Positions 1 through 9,887 of a stretch of 64,000 bases of DNA are shown one piece after another. Under the pieces are notes generated by a model. It saw only the letters and a list, made by a program, of their open reading frames with translations, did no database searches and had not been told where the DNA came from. The stretch is taken from the NCBI GenBank assembly GCA_963716725.1, contig CAVQUB010000006.1:64001-128000 (forward strand), in the 5' to 3' direction. This stretch comes from an uncultured delta proteobacterium. Its GTDB lineage: Bacteria > Myxococcota_A > Polyangia > Polyangiales > Polyangiaceae. Numbering within the stretch: position 1 is the first letter of the stretch; each line of letters opens with the position of its first letter. The position numbers were made by a program, and so were the translations under genes.

Positions 1-2
1 TC

Positions 3-101
3 GGCCGGCGCTTCTTCCGCGCGGCAGAGCGAGCGCTCTGCGACAGCCCGCTCAAGTACATGGGTGGGTTCTGGCTGATCGCGGCGCAGAAGCAGGGCTG
101 A
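3..101 (+). CDS. 3' end of a gene entering the window, possibly a SAM-dependent methyltransferase C-terminus
   Basis: Open frame GRRFFRAAERALCDSPLKYMGGFWLIAAQKQG* ending TGA 99-101, convergent with the next gene. The product is a guess from the terminal motif. Confidence 0.4.
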   Translation, partial: GRRFFRAAERALCDSPLKYMGGFWLIAAQKQG

Positions 102-105
102 GCGC

Positions 106-1696
106 TCACCGGCCCAACTTCGGCGCGGCGGCGGCTCCGCCCCGACGAGCCGTCCACCTTCCGTCGCCGTCGCCGTCCACGAAGATCGGGATTGCTGACC
201 GCGATGGGAAAGAGCTTGCCCCCGCTGACCCCGCCCACCACCGGCGGCAACTCGCGGTCGCCGTCCACGCGCACCACCACGAACGCGTCGTCGAGCATTT
301 CGAGCTCGAGCTTCTCGGAATAGCGCTCGACGGCTTCGCTGGGCGCGATGGGCAAATCCGTCACGGGCCGGCCGTTTGCGTAGATCCGGAGGCGCGCGAC
401 CGAGATCCACGGCGCGGCGCGCACCCGCACCGTCAGCGTGACCTTGCCCTCCACGGCGCGGGCCAACTGTCCGAAGCTCTTGTCATCGATACTGGCCTCG
501 ATGAAGGGCCCGGAGCTGAAGAACGAGCTTCCCTCGCGCATCGCGGCGGCCAGTCGCTCGCCGTCCACCGCCGGTCCCACCTCGTCCATCCGCACGTAGT
601 TGCGCGGGTAGCCGGCGTAGCTCAGGGCGATGCCGTGGGTGTCCGAGTTGCCGACCGCGGTGACTCGCCTGCCGTTCTGGAGCAGGCCGAACCAATCCGC
701 CATCACCCGGTCCACAGCCTCGAAGCTGCCGTGTTTGGAGCCGTTCATCACCTCGATGGCGTCGAATTCGAAGGAGACTCGAGACCGGCCGAAGAGCGCC
801 GTCCGTGGATCGAAGCCAGCGATGGAAAAATAGCCCATCTTCCCCAGCCTCGGGTGGTTGACCGTGATCAGCGCCGTCGGACCATGACGCCGCACGTCTC
901 GGAGCAACTCGTCCGGCTTCGCGCCCTTCATGCGAACCCGATGCAGCACCCACCATTCGTTCTGCTGCCTCAAGGGAAAGGCTCCGAAGTGGCCCCAGTC
1001 GGTGGTGCTGATCTCGGCGCCGGCCACCGTGCCCAGGAGCTCCTTCGAACCCGCCCGTTCGATCTCGGGACGATAGTCGGTCACGACGTTGTGGTCGGTG
1101 GCGACCAATACGTCCACGCCCTCGCTGACGAACTCGTGCACCCGAGCGGACAGGGGCACTTTGGAGTCCCAAGAAGGATCCGCGTGCACGTGGGTGTCGG
1201 CGCTGATCCAGCCGGCGCGCGCGATCAGGTGCGTGAGCGTCGCGGTGAGCTTGGTCGCCTTCGCTCCGACCGTGATCTGCTCGACGTGCAAGCTCCACTC
1301 CGGACCGCGGCTCACGAAGAGTTCGTAACTGCCGGGCGGGACGGCGAACGAACCTCGCCCATGCATGGAGAAGATCCGGTGGTTGGCGGCGACGCCGCCG
1401 TCGACGATCCGAGTGGGCAGGCCGAGGGCCAAGTCCGGCGTCGGAGTCCCGTCCCGCCCGAGCCAGGTGAGCTTGCAGGGGATCGGGCGCCCGCGCTCGT
1501 CCTGGACCAAGAACTCGACGTTGCCTCCGGGCTCGGGAGCGGCGGCCGACGCGCTGACCGGCGGAGCCGCGGCGTCTGCCGTTGGCCCGGCGGGGTGTTG
1601 CTGCGGCGCGACGCGGCGACCGCAAGCGTGCGCGAACACTCCGGCCGCGAGCGCCAGAGCGAGGCCCGGGACCAGCCGGTCGGGCGGGGGTCGCAT
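106..1696 (-). CDS. PHP-fold metallohydrolase (CehA/McbA-like) lipoprotein; +1 frameshift near 187-190; absent from the ORF track
   Basis: Manual translation from ATG 1696 (overlapping the upstream stop) gives a signal peptide with Cys and the motifs DTHVH, TDHN, NHP and GNSDTH. Removing one base at AAT CCC G ATC restores NPIFVDGDGDG...* at 106. Confidence 0.8.
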
Positions 1697-2658
1697 CAGA
1701 AGCGACCGACGACGCCCAACGTGCCCCCGCCATGGGTCGGCGCAGCGACGGGAACGAACGAGATTGCCGGCTTCTCCGGGGGACGGCGCAGATCGGGGCT
1801 GAGGGGCTTCTTCACCGTGTCCCGGAACTCGGGCACGTAGGCGAGCTGAGCTTGCAGCACTCCAATGGTGGCGACCCCCAGGAAACCCCAGCTCGTGATC
1901 AGCATGGTCTGGTACGCGGCCTGGGACTTCGGGTTCAGGTCATCGGGATCCGGCGGCGGATCGTCGTCGGCCCGGGCGTTGAGATCGAGCTGGATCACCA
2001 TCGCGCCCAGGGCGGTACCCGCCAAGATCACCTCGGAGCCGAGGAAGAGGTACCCGAGCCAGGGATCGCGATTCTGGAACTGCCCGACGCCGAAGGGGAT
2101 GGCGGCGACCCAGCGGTCGTTCTTGCTGACGACGACCTCGCGGCTCGCCAGCGCTTCGAGGCGCTCGACGCGTCGCGTCTCGGCAGCAGCCCGGCGCGAC
2201 GCGGCAGCGGCGGAGGCGCGCTGCTTCTGGAGCTCCTTGGCCTCGGCTCGCTTGATCTCGTCTACTAGCGAGTCGCGCACCCTGAAGAACCGATCGATGA
2301 CCGTCCCCGGAAATACCAGGCTGTCCGGCGGCCGCATCAGGGGGTTCTGGCGGATCGCCTTTCGCATCTGCTCTTCGGAATCGGCGACCTGACCGTTGCC
2401 GATCAGACAGGCCGCGTAGTAGATGCGGGCGCGCTCGAGCACCTCCGGATCGTCGATCTTCGGCGGCTGCCCGCCGATCAGCGTCGCGAACTCCTTGACG
2501 CACTCGGCGTACTTGCCGGCGTCGTAGAGCGTGACGACGCGCGCCAGCTCGGTCTGATCGCTGAGCCCGCCGGACGGTTGCGCGAGCACGCCTGTCGACA
2601 GACACGAGAGCCCCACGAGGAAGGCGAACAGGAGGGTGCGAGATCGGGCCGGGTGCAT
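1696..2658 (-). CDS. Secreted TPR-like/membrane protein, typical partner of myxobacterial kinases
   Basis: 320 aa with signal peptide, helical TPR-like N-half, PFGVGQFQN motif and C-terminal hydrophobic segments. Confidence 0.7.
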   Translation of the reverse strand: MHPARSRTLLFAFLVGLSCLSTGVLAQPSGGLSDQTELARVVTLYDAGKYAECVKEFATLIGGQPPKIDDPEVLERARIYYAACLIGNGQVADSEEQMRKAIRQNPLMRPPDSLVFPGTVIDRFFRVRDSLVDEIKRAEAKELQKQRASAAAASRRAAAETRRVERLEALASREVVVSKNDRWVAAIPFGVGQFQNRDPWLGYLFLGSEVILAGTALGAMVIQLDLNARADDDPPPDPDDLNPKSQAAYQTMLITSWGFLGVATIGVLQAQLAYVPEFRDTVKKPLSPDLRRPPEKPAISFVPVAAPTHGGGTLGVVGRF

Positions 2659-2727
2659 CTTGGCCGCGGCCCCTCCGAGGTTTCGGGACGCGCCGACGTC
2701 GAAGGTTCGACCGCGGCGCGGAGCGAG

Positions 2728-4584
2728 TCAACCTCCATCCCACGTGAGCTGCTGGAACCTCCCTGGGAGGAGCACCACCTGCACCACCTTGGGCTGCGAT
2801 CCGGCCGGGGGCCCAAGGATGGAGCACTGTCCCTTCACCTCCGACTCGGAGCCCGGGATCTTCACCCTCACCGAGCCCGGCGCGAAGAGCTTCCCGGAGA
2901 AGAGCAGGGGGCAGGTCGCGTAGGCACCCTCGGCGCCGCTGAGCGCCAGCGTGGCGTCTTTGAGGGGAGCGCTTCCATAAACGATTTGTTCGTCCTCACC
3001 GGCGGTCACTTCAAAGGACTTCGGTCCCAGGTTCTCGCAGCAGTCCTTGTCGGGCGGCACCACCTCGAGCGTGTGGGAGCCGATGGCAAGCTCGAACTTC
3101 TTCCCGTACCAGTCGGCGTGAAGCGTACCGTCGATGCGCACGACGCCGCCGCGGGCACCCGACACGACGATCTTCACGGGCCGCGTCTTGCTAGCTACGC
3201 TTGGAGCCGGCCCGGCGGGGATCTTGGGCGCCGTGACCGGATCCGCGCTCGGAGTCGGCTCGGCGGTGCGGATCGGCTGCGGCCTGAGGTCCTCGGGAGC
3301 GATGACCGGATCGGTCGAGCGCACCGGGGGTTGATCGGGCTGCACGCTCAAGACCGGCTGACGTGCGCGCCGACTGATTCCGTAGGCGGCGGCGCCGAGG
3401 AGCAGGCTGATGCCGAACAGCGCGCCGGCCCGCGTCCCCAAGCGCCGGCGACGCTCGCGCTGCGCCAGGCCAGCGACCTGTCGCAGCAACTCGGCGTCGT
3501 CGGGACGGAAGGCCAGTGCGCGGTTGAAGTACGCCGCGGCCGTGGGCGCTTGACGCTCAGCCCGCGCGGCCTTTCCAAGATCTACCAAGCGGGTGACGAC
3601 GCGACGCTCGTAGTCTGCGGCGTAGGACTCGGCAGAGGTCAGGTACTCCACCAGCTCTCGTCGCGGGTTGTCGAAGCCGAGCAACGTCAGTTCCTGACGG
3701 AGCGCGGCGCACACCTCTTCACAGCTGGCGTAGCGCGCCTCGGCTTCGCGGCTGAGCGCGCGTTCGACGATCTTGCTGAAGCCCGCGCCGACGGTGGGTC
3801 GGGCGCGCTCCGGCGGCGTGAAGGTGCCGTCGAGCACCTTGCGCAGCACCTGCGCCGGGTTCTTGCCGTCGAAGGGCAGCCGCCCGACCATGCACTCGTA
3901 GAGCAGCACTCCCAGGCCGAATACGTCAGCCCGGGCCGTCACGTCGCCGCCCTCGATTTGCTCCGGCGCCATATGGGCCGGCGAGCCGAGCACCTGACCG
4001 GTGCTGGTGACGCCCTGCGCGTCGAGCAGCTTTGCGATGCCAAAGTCGGTGATCTTGACCCGTCCGGACTCGGCGTCGGTGGGCCGCTCTTGCGACGCGC
4101 TGCGCTTGCTCGGGACGCGATCCGAGAGATCGACGAGCACGTTCTCGGGCTTCACGTCTCGGTGGATGACGCCCTGCCGGTGGGCGTGATCGAGGGCCGT
4201 GCCGATCTCGATGCCCACGGCCGCCGCGATCTCGCAGGGCATGTGATCACGCTCGGCCAGCAGCTTGCGCAGCGTGGTGCCGGGCACCAGCTCTACGACC
4301 AGATAGCGCTCGTCGTCGTCTTCTTCCGAGACGTCGTAGACCTCGACGATGTTCGGGTGCTTCAGCTTCGCGACGGCCCGCGCTTCGCTCACGAAACGCA
4401 ACGCCACTTCCTTGTTCTCCCGCAGGTGCTTGTGGATGACCTTGATGGCGACGTCTCGGGCCAAGCGCCGATCGCGCGCCCGGTACACCGTCGCCATGCC
4501 GCCGTGACCGATCTCCTCGAGCACCTCGTACTTCTCGAGCTTCGGGATCTGATCGGCGATGAGCGGCATGGTCAACGGGCTCAC
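2728..4584 (-). CDS. Hanks-type Ser/Thr protein kinase with TM segment and extracellular domain (alternative start 4569)
   Basis: GHGGMATVY, VAIK, HRDVKPEN, DFG and APE motifs; TM segment; GTGA coupling to the pyk stop. Confidence 0.93.
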   Translation of the reverse strand: MSPLTMPLIADQIPKLEKYEVLEEIGHGGMATVYRARDRRLARDVAIKVIHKHLRENKEVALRFVSEARAVAKLKHPNIVEVYDVSEEDDDERYLVVELVPGTTLRKLLAERDHMPCEIAAAVGIEIGTALDHAHRQGVIHRDVKPENVLVDLSDRVPSKRSASQERPTDAESGRVKITDFGIAKLLDAQGVTSTGQVLGSPAHMAPEQIEGGDVTARADVFGLGVLLYECMVGRLPFDGKNPAQVLRKVLDGTFTPPERARPTVGAGFSKIVERALSREAEARYASCEEVCAALRQELTLLGFDNPRRELVEYLTSAESYAADYERRVVTRLVDLGKAARAERQAPTAAAYFNRALAFRPDDAELLRQVAGLAQRERRRRLGTRAGALFGISLLLGAAAYGISRRARQPVLSVQPDQPPVRSTDPVIAPEDLRPQPIRTAEPTPSADPVTAPKIPAGPAPSVASKTRPVKIVVSGARGGVVRIDGTLHADWYGKKFELAIGSHTLEVVPPDKDCCENLGPKSFEVTAGEDEQIVYGSAPLKDATLALSGAEGAYATCPLLFSGKLFAPGSVRVKIPGSESEVKGQCSILGPPAGSQPKVVQVVLLPGRFQQLTWDGG

Positions 4585-5981
4585 TTCACCTGTTCCACGC
4601 GGACCGCGTTGGTCGAGCCGCGTTCGCCCAACGGCGCACCGTAGACGATCACGAAGCGGTCCCCGGCCTTCACCATGCCCGCGTCGAGCAACATCGCGCG
4701 CGTGCGAACGGTCAAGAGCTCCAGATCGGTGACGACGTCCATCGGGCGGGGCGACACCCCCCAGAATAGCGCGAGGCGGCGCAGCGTCCGCTCGTCGGGC
4801 GAAAGCGCCAGGATCGGCACCCTCGGCCGCGCCTTCGAGACCAGCCGCGCCGTGCCCCCGCTCTCGGTCAGGGCGACGATGATCCGGGCCCCCACCTCGC
4901 GGGCGATGCTGCAGGCCGCGTCGGCGATGGCCTCGGCCGTCTCGCTCCCCGGCGCCGACGGCAGGGGATCGAAGAACTGGCTCGCCTCCGCCTCGCGGAT
5001 GATTCGGTCCATCATCTGGCAGGCGCGGATCGGGAACTTGCCGGTGGCGGTCTCGCCGGAGAGCATCACCGCGTCGGCGCCGCCGTACACGGCCCCGGCC
5101 ACGTCGCTGGCCTCGGCTCGCGTGGGGCGCGGCGAGTCGACCATCGACTGGAGCATCTCGGTGGCCACGATCACGGGGCGCTTCAGGGTGCGACAGGCGC
5201 CGATGATCTGCCGCTGCACCACCGGCACGCGCTCCGGCGGCAGCTCGACGCCGAGATCGCCGCGGGCGACCATGACGGCGTCGGCCGCCAGCGCGATCTC
5301 TTCGATGCGCTCGACGGCGCTCGGCGTCTCTATCTTGGCGACGATGGGCGTCGGCCGGCCATGACCGAGGCAGAGCGCGCGGAGCTCTTCCACATCGGCT
5401 GCGGTCCGCACGAACGACAGCGCGACGTAGTCAACGCCGAGGCCAAGGCCGAACTCGAGGTCTGCGCGGTCCTTGTCCGTGAGCGCGGTCACGCGCACGC
5501 GGTGCGACGGGAGGTTCACGCCCATGCGCGCCCGAAGCGCGCCGCCGTGCTCGACCTTCGCGGTCACGCGCTGCCCGGCCACGCTCTCGACGCGAAGTTC
5601 CACGTGGCCGTCGCCGAGCAACACGCGGTCGCCGGCCCGGAGATCTTCGTGCAGGCCATCGTAGTCGACCCCGATGGTGCTGGCGTCGCCCTGGCTCCGG
5701 GACACCAAATCGACATGCTGACCGACTTCGAGCGCCGGCGGCATCAGGGTGCTGGTGCGGATCTTCGGTCCGCACAGATCCTGCAAGATAGCGACGGGCC
5801 TGCCCGCTGCCGCGCTCGCGGCACGGATCAACTCGACCATGCGGCCGTGATCTTCGTGGGTCCCGTGGGAGAAATTCAGACGAGCGACGTCCATGCCAGC
5901 GGCGATCAGGTCGGCAATGCGCTCCGGGGTGTTCACCGCGGGGCCCAGAGTGCAGACGATCTTGGCGCGTCGTAGGGACAT
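4581..5981 (-). CDS. pyk: Pyruvate kinase
   Basis: MSLRRAKIVCTLGP, ARLNFSHG, AKIET, MVARGDLGVE, ATEMLQSM, MLSGETA. True start is ATG 5981; the ORF-track extension is antisense to lysA. Confidence 0.96.
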   Translation of the reverse strand: MSLRRAKIVCTLGPAVNTPERIADLIAAGMDVARLNFSHGTHEDHGRMVELIRAASAAAGRPVAILQDLCGPKIRTSTLMPPALEVGQHVDLVSRSQGDASTIGVDYDGLHEDLRAGDRVLLGDGHVELRVESVAGQRVTAKVEHGGALRARMGVNLPSHRVRVTALTDKDRADLEFGLGLGVDYVALSFVRTAADVEELRALCLGHGRPTPIVAKIETPSAVERIEEIALAADAVMVARGDLGVELPPERVPVVQRQIIGACRTLKRPVIVATEMLQSMVDSPRPTRAEASDVAGAVYGGADAVMLSGETATGKFPIRACQMMDRIIREAEASQFFDPLPSAPGSETAEAIADAACSIAREVGARIIVALTESGGTARLVSKARPRVPILALSPDERTLRRLALFWGVSPRPMDVVTDLELLTVRTRAMLLDAGMVKAGDRFVIVYGAPLGERGSTNAVRVEQVK

Positions 5982-6068
5982 CGGGCCCCATGGTGCCACA
6001 GCGCGGGCCCGATCGGGACCCGCCGCTGGACCAGGCCAGGCTCGGGAAAAGGCGCTATAAGGCCGCCC

Positions 6069-7325
6069 ATGTCGGGTTTTGGACGGGACGAGCGCGGGCA
6101 GGCCACCCTGGGCGGGAGGACCCTCTTGGAGCTCCTGCAGGAAGCCCGCGTCGCTACGCCGGCTTACTTCTACGACCTCGACGCGGTCGCGCGCGCGACC
6201 CGCGACTTGGTCGAGGCCTTCGGTTCGGCGCCGGGGCTCGTCGCCTACGCGGTCAAGGCCAACACAGCCGGGAGCATCGTGCGCACGGTGGCAGAGGCAG
6301 GCGGCGGCGCCGACGTGGTCAGCGGCGGTGAGCTCTCGGTGGCGCTCGGCGCCGGGATCCGACCCGATCAGATCGTGATGAGCGGCGTCGCGAAGCTCGA
6401 CTGGGAGATCGATCTGGCCGTCGCGCGAGAAATCCGCGCGCTTCAGATCGAGAGCGTCGAGGAGATCCCGCGGGTAGCGGCCCGAGCCGCCTCGCTCGGC
6501 AAGACCGCTCGCGTGAGCCTGCGCATCAACCCCGACGTCGAGATCGACTCCCACGCGCACATCGCCACCGGCCACGACGAAGCCAAGTTCGGTATCGTTG
6601 CGCGGGACCTGCACGCCGCGCTGTCCGAGATCGAGCGAGCGGGCTCGTCCACTCGCCTCGACGGGCTCTCCACCCACGTCGGCTCGATGCTGGCGTCGCC
6701 CGCGCCCTACCTCGAGAGCGCGCGGGTGGTGTGCGGGGCCGCGAAGGACCTGCGCGCAAGGGGCAAGGCATTGGCGTTCGTCGATTTCGGCGGGGGCTTC
6801 GGCATCGACTACGGCGGCGGCGCCGTGGACCCACCGCCCGCCTTTGTCCGCGCGGCGTTGGAGCTCTTGCATCGAGAAAAGCTCGGGGATCTCGCGTTGG
6901 TGGTCGAGCCCGGTCGCGCGCTGGTCGCGCCCTTCGGCGTGCTGGTCGCGTCGGTGGTCCAGTCCAAGGTGAGCGGCCCGCGCCGCTGGTGCATGATCGA
7001 CGCGGGCATGAACGATCTGGTGCGCCCAGCGCTCTACGGCGCGCGCCACCGCATTGAACCCGTACTCGCCGCGACGCCGGGCGCACAGTGGCAGGTGGTG
7101 GGTCCCGTCTGCGAGAGCGCCGACGACTTCGGTCTGCACGCGCTCGGGTCGAGGGTCCCCGAGCAAGTCGTGATCCGCGACGCGGGCGCCTACGGCTTCA
7201 CGATGGCGAGCGAGTACAACGGGCGCTCCCTGCCGGCGGAGGTCTTCGTCGCTGGCGGTGTGGTCCGCCACGTCGCGCGTTCGCCGGGCGTCGACGCCTG
7301 GGTCCAGCGCCGCCTCGGCGCCTGA
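6069..7325 (+). CDS. lysA: Diaminopimelate decarboxylase
   Basis: YAVKAN PLP lysine, HVGS, DFGGG, EPGR, GPVCES, GAYG..MASEYN. Confidence 0.95.
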   Translation: MSGFGRDERGQATLGGRTLLELLQEARVATPAYFYDLDAVARATRDLVEAFGSAPGLVAYAVKANTAGSIVRTVAEAGGGADVVSGGELSVALGAGIRPDQIVMSGVAKLDWEIDLAVAREIRALQIESVEEIPRVAARAASLGKTARVSLRINPDVEIDSHAHIATGHDEAKFGIVARDLHAALSEIERAGSSTRLDGLSTHVGSMLASPAPYLESARVVCGAAKDLRARGKALAFVDFGGGFGIDYGGGAVDPPPAFVRAALELLHREKLGDLALVVEPGRALVAPFGVLVASVVQSKVSGPRRWCMIDAGMNDLVRPALYGARHRIEPVLAATPGAQWQVVGPVCESADDFGLHALGSRVPEQVVIRDAGAYGFTMASEYNGRSLPAEVFVAGGVVRHVARSPGVDAWVQRRLGA

Positions 7326-7504
7326 AGCTCTGTCGCAGAATGGCGGAGCGCAAGCCGGCGGAGCCGGCCCACCCCGTCGACCCGTCGGTTGTCACGCAGC
7401 GCGTCGCGTGGGGTGGGGCCCCAACGAATTCACTTCGGTGGGGCGGGGAGGCGCGTGCCTCCCCGATGACAAAGTGAAAGAGCTGTCGAATTTTCGACAG
7501 CTCT
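7326..7504 (+). mobile_element. MITE copy 1 (179 bp), inserted at the lysA stop codon
   Basis: Near-identical to 31011-31189 and 56202-56345. Imperfect TIRs AGnnCTGTCG...CGACAGCTCT, flanked by TGA (7323-7325) and TGA (7505-7507). Confidence 0.8.
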
Positions 7505-7511
7505 TGAGCGC

Positions 7512-9695
7512 TCAGGGTTTGCGCTTGTAGGTGGTCGCGGCGGCGTGCGTCGACGACGAGCGGCGCCGGGTCCCGGTGTTCTTCCGGTTCATGTTGCTCG
7601 CAGGCGGTTCGGTGCGACGGCTGGGGTTCGAGTTGCGCGGCGGCGGCGTCAGGCTGCGGGTCCGATAGACCTCGCCGTCGACGACGACCTCGATGCCGAG
7701 CGCGCGACAGCGCCGCGCGACACGCTCGACGTCGGTGCCGGGCGTGAGCAACAGCCCCGACGGCGGCGAGGGATCGACGAACAGATCCGCGGTCTGCCGG
7801 CGCGTCCGCAGCATCTCGCGGATCTCGGTGTCCTCCACCCAGAGGAAGCCCTGGGTCGGCACGTACTCCGCACGCCCGAGCACCGCCGAGGCCTGGGTCA
7901 GAATGCGCTCGATGGGGTCCGGGAGCTGAGCGACGGCCAAGAGGCGACCCTTGATGTCGTCAGCCTCGAAGCCCGCGGCCAGCGCCAACGACAAGCTGTG
8001 TTGGCTCACGCTCGCGTCGAGCGTGCCGGCGACGGAGCCGATTTCGATGAAGGGATAGAGGGCGACGACGTGGCCAATCTTGTCCGCGGGCCCAATGCGC
8101 AAGGTCTGACCGTCGATGAAGCGGCCGACTTCGCGCTGCGCTTCGGCGTTGGGCAGCGCGGTCCCCGTGATGTAAGCGCGCCCGCGCGGCGTGATGCGCA
8201 GGGTCGGAAGATCCGAGTCGTCGCTGGGGTCGCCCAGGTCGACGACGCCGAGGGCGTGCAGCGTCTCGCAGGCGATCCGGCGAGCGATATCGGCGGGCGT
8301 CGAAGCCTCGACGCCGGCGCGACCCGCCCAGCGTTCGAGCAAGCGGGCGAGCCCTGGGGTCCGCGAGTCGGCGCGCACGAACGCGGCGACGGCTTCCCAC
8401 GGCGCCCAACGGCCGTCGCCCAGCTCTCCGAGGGCGTCGAGCACGATCTGACGGATCACGCCCACCGCACTGGCTTCGCGCACCTCGGCAGAAACACGCA
8501 GCACTTCACCGTCCGGCCGCGCTTCGTCCCACGCGCCACCCCGCCGCCAGGTCTCGAAGAGCAGCCGCCCGAGATCGCCGACGCGGCTGGCGCCCGGCGG
8601 CGCGCTCACGCTCATCACCGAGCCCTCCCACAGGCCCATGGCCCGGCTGAGCGCGGCGACTAGCGCCACCGCCTCGGAGCTCTTGCCGAAGCGAGTCGCC
8701 AGCTTGGAGGTCAGCGACCGCGGGGTTCCGACTCCGGCGCGCAGCTCGACGGACGGGTCCCGCACGGCCAAGGTCATGGCCAGGGCGAGCGGCACCGGAT
8801 CTTCGGCGAAGCGCGCGCGCCGCGGCGCGTGGTCTTCTGCGAGCACGAAGCTCAAGATCTCGCGCCGCTGCGCCTCGCGCTCCGCTCGGCGTTGCGCGCC
8901 GACCACGACGGCGACCTCGGTGGGGATCACGTGTCGGTTGGGATAGACCGGGACTAGGAAGCCGCGGCGCTCGAGGGCGAAGCCGACTCCTCGCCTCGAG
9001 GGGCTCGCGCCGGTCGCGCCGCGCAGCCGCATCGGTTCGCGCTCGAGATCGAGCAACTCCTCGGTCTCGACCTCGCCGCCGACCTTCTCGATCATCTTGA
9101 GCAGCTTGCGCTCGAGGGGCGCGAGGCCGTCCACCTCTTTGGCGAGCGCGGCAGGATCGTTCAGCATCTCCCAGGCGGCCTCGAGCGACAGCGCCATGGG
9201 CGGCGTGGCGGGTCGGCCCAGGTAGTGCGACGCGATGCTGCCCGCGACCTCGGGGCTGGCCTGCGCCAGGAGCGCGCGCGCGCCGCGCGGATCGTCGCCC
9301 TGCCAGGTCTTGACCTGCACCATGCAGGCGATGGGCAGGATGAGCTCGACGCCCCCGTGGGAGCCTCTGCGGGCGAAGACCAGGCCGCGGTGGACCAGGG
9401 GCGCCACCGCCGAGGGCAGCGCGTCGAGCACCAACACGCCCTTCGCCTCTGCGATCCGAAAGAAGAGCTCCGCCGTCGCAGCGGGAAGGTGGGCGGCGGG
9501 GTCCCGCACTTCGGGTAGCGAGACGAGGAAGCGCGCGACCTGCGAGGCGACGTCGATGCGCTTGGCCTCGTCGACCACGATCTCGAGCCGCTCGATCAGC
9601 GACGCTAGCTCGCGATCCGGCAGCTGCCGGAGCACGTCCGCGAGCCTGAGCGCGTAGTGCGACCGCGCGCTCCTGCTGGGGGTCGATGCGTTCAT
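7512..9695 (-). CDS. Large helical protein with a C-terminal Helicase_C_3-like (XPB/Ssl2-associated) domain
   Basis: 727 aa from ATG 9695; ITPRGRAY and SLSLALAAGFEADDIKGRL..LP resemble the helicase-associated domain; no Walker A. Confidence 0.6.
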   Translation of the reverse strand: MNASTPSRSARSHYALRLADVLRQLPDRELASLIERLEIVVDEAKRIDVASQVARFLVSLPEVRDPAAHLPAATAELFFRIAEAKGVLVLDALPSAVAPLVHRGLVFARRGSHGGVELILPIACMVQVKTWQGDDPRGARALLAQASPEVAGSIASHYLGRPATPPMALSLEAAWEMLNDPAALAKEVDGLAPLERKLLKMIEKVGGEVETEELLDLEREPMRLRGATGASPSRRGVGFALERRGFLVPVYPNRHVIPTEVAVVVGAQRRAEREAQRREILSFVLAEDHAPRRARFAEDPVPLALAMTLAVRDPSVELRAGVGTPRSLTSKLATRFGKSSEAVALVAALSRAMGLWEGSVMSVSAPPGASRVGDLGRLLFETWRRGGAWDEARPDGEVLRVSAEVREASAVGVIRQIVLDALGELGDGRWAPWEAVAAFVRADSRTPGLARLLERWAGRAGVEASTPADIARRIACETLHALGVVDLGDPSDDSDLPTLRITPRGRAYITGTALPNAEAQREVGRFIDGQTLRIGPADKIGHVVALYPFIEIGSVAGTLDASVSQHSLSLALAAGFEADDIKGRLLAVAQLPDPIERILTQASAVLGRAEYVPTQGFLWVEDTEIREMLRTRRQTADLFVDPSPPSGLLLTPGTDVERVARRCRALGIEVVVDGEVYRTRSLTPPPRNSNPSRRTEPPASNMNRKNTGTRRRSSSTHAAATTYKRKP

Positions 9696-9887
9696 GGCGG
9701 GGTGCGAAGCGAGGGAGAGAGTTCTCGCTAGGTCGAAGGAAACCGTGAATCGGCCAGGTTGTCCAGGCATCCGCCTAGGTAGGCGACGCACGTACACCGG
9801 CCCCGGAACCGGTCGCGTTTTGTCCTGGTCCTTGTTAAGCCTTGCCAATCCCGAGCTAAGTCATCGAGAGCGCAGGCGGAGGCTGGC

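Noticed and set aside
483..1840. Listed ORFs 483-1733 (-) and 635-1840 (+)
   Set aside because: Off-frame or antisense shadows of the real PHP hydrolase, which the ORF track misses.
5982..7271. 896-aa ORF suggesting an N-terminally extended pyruvate kinase
   Set aside because: The extension is the antisense shadow of lysA; homology starts at MSLRRAK (5981).
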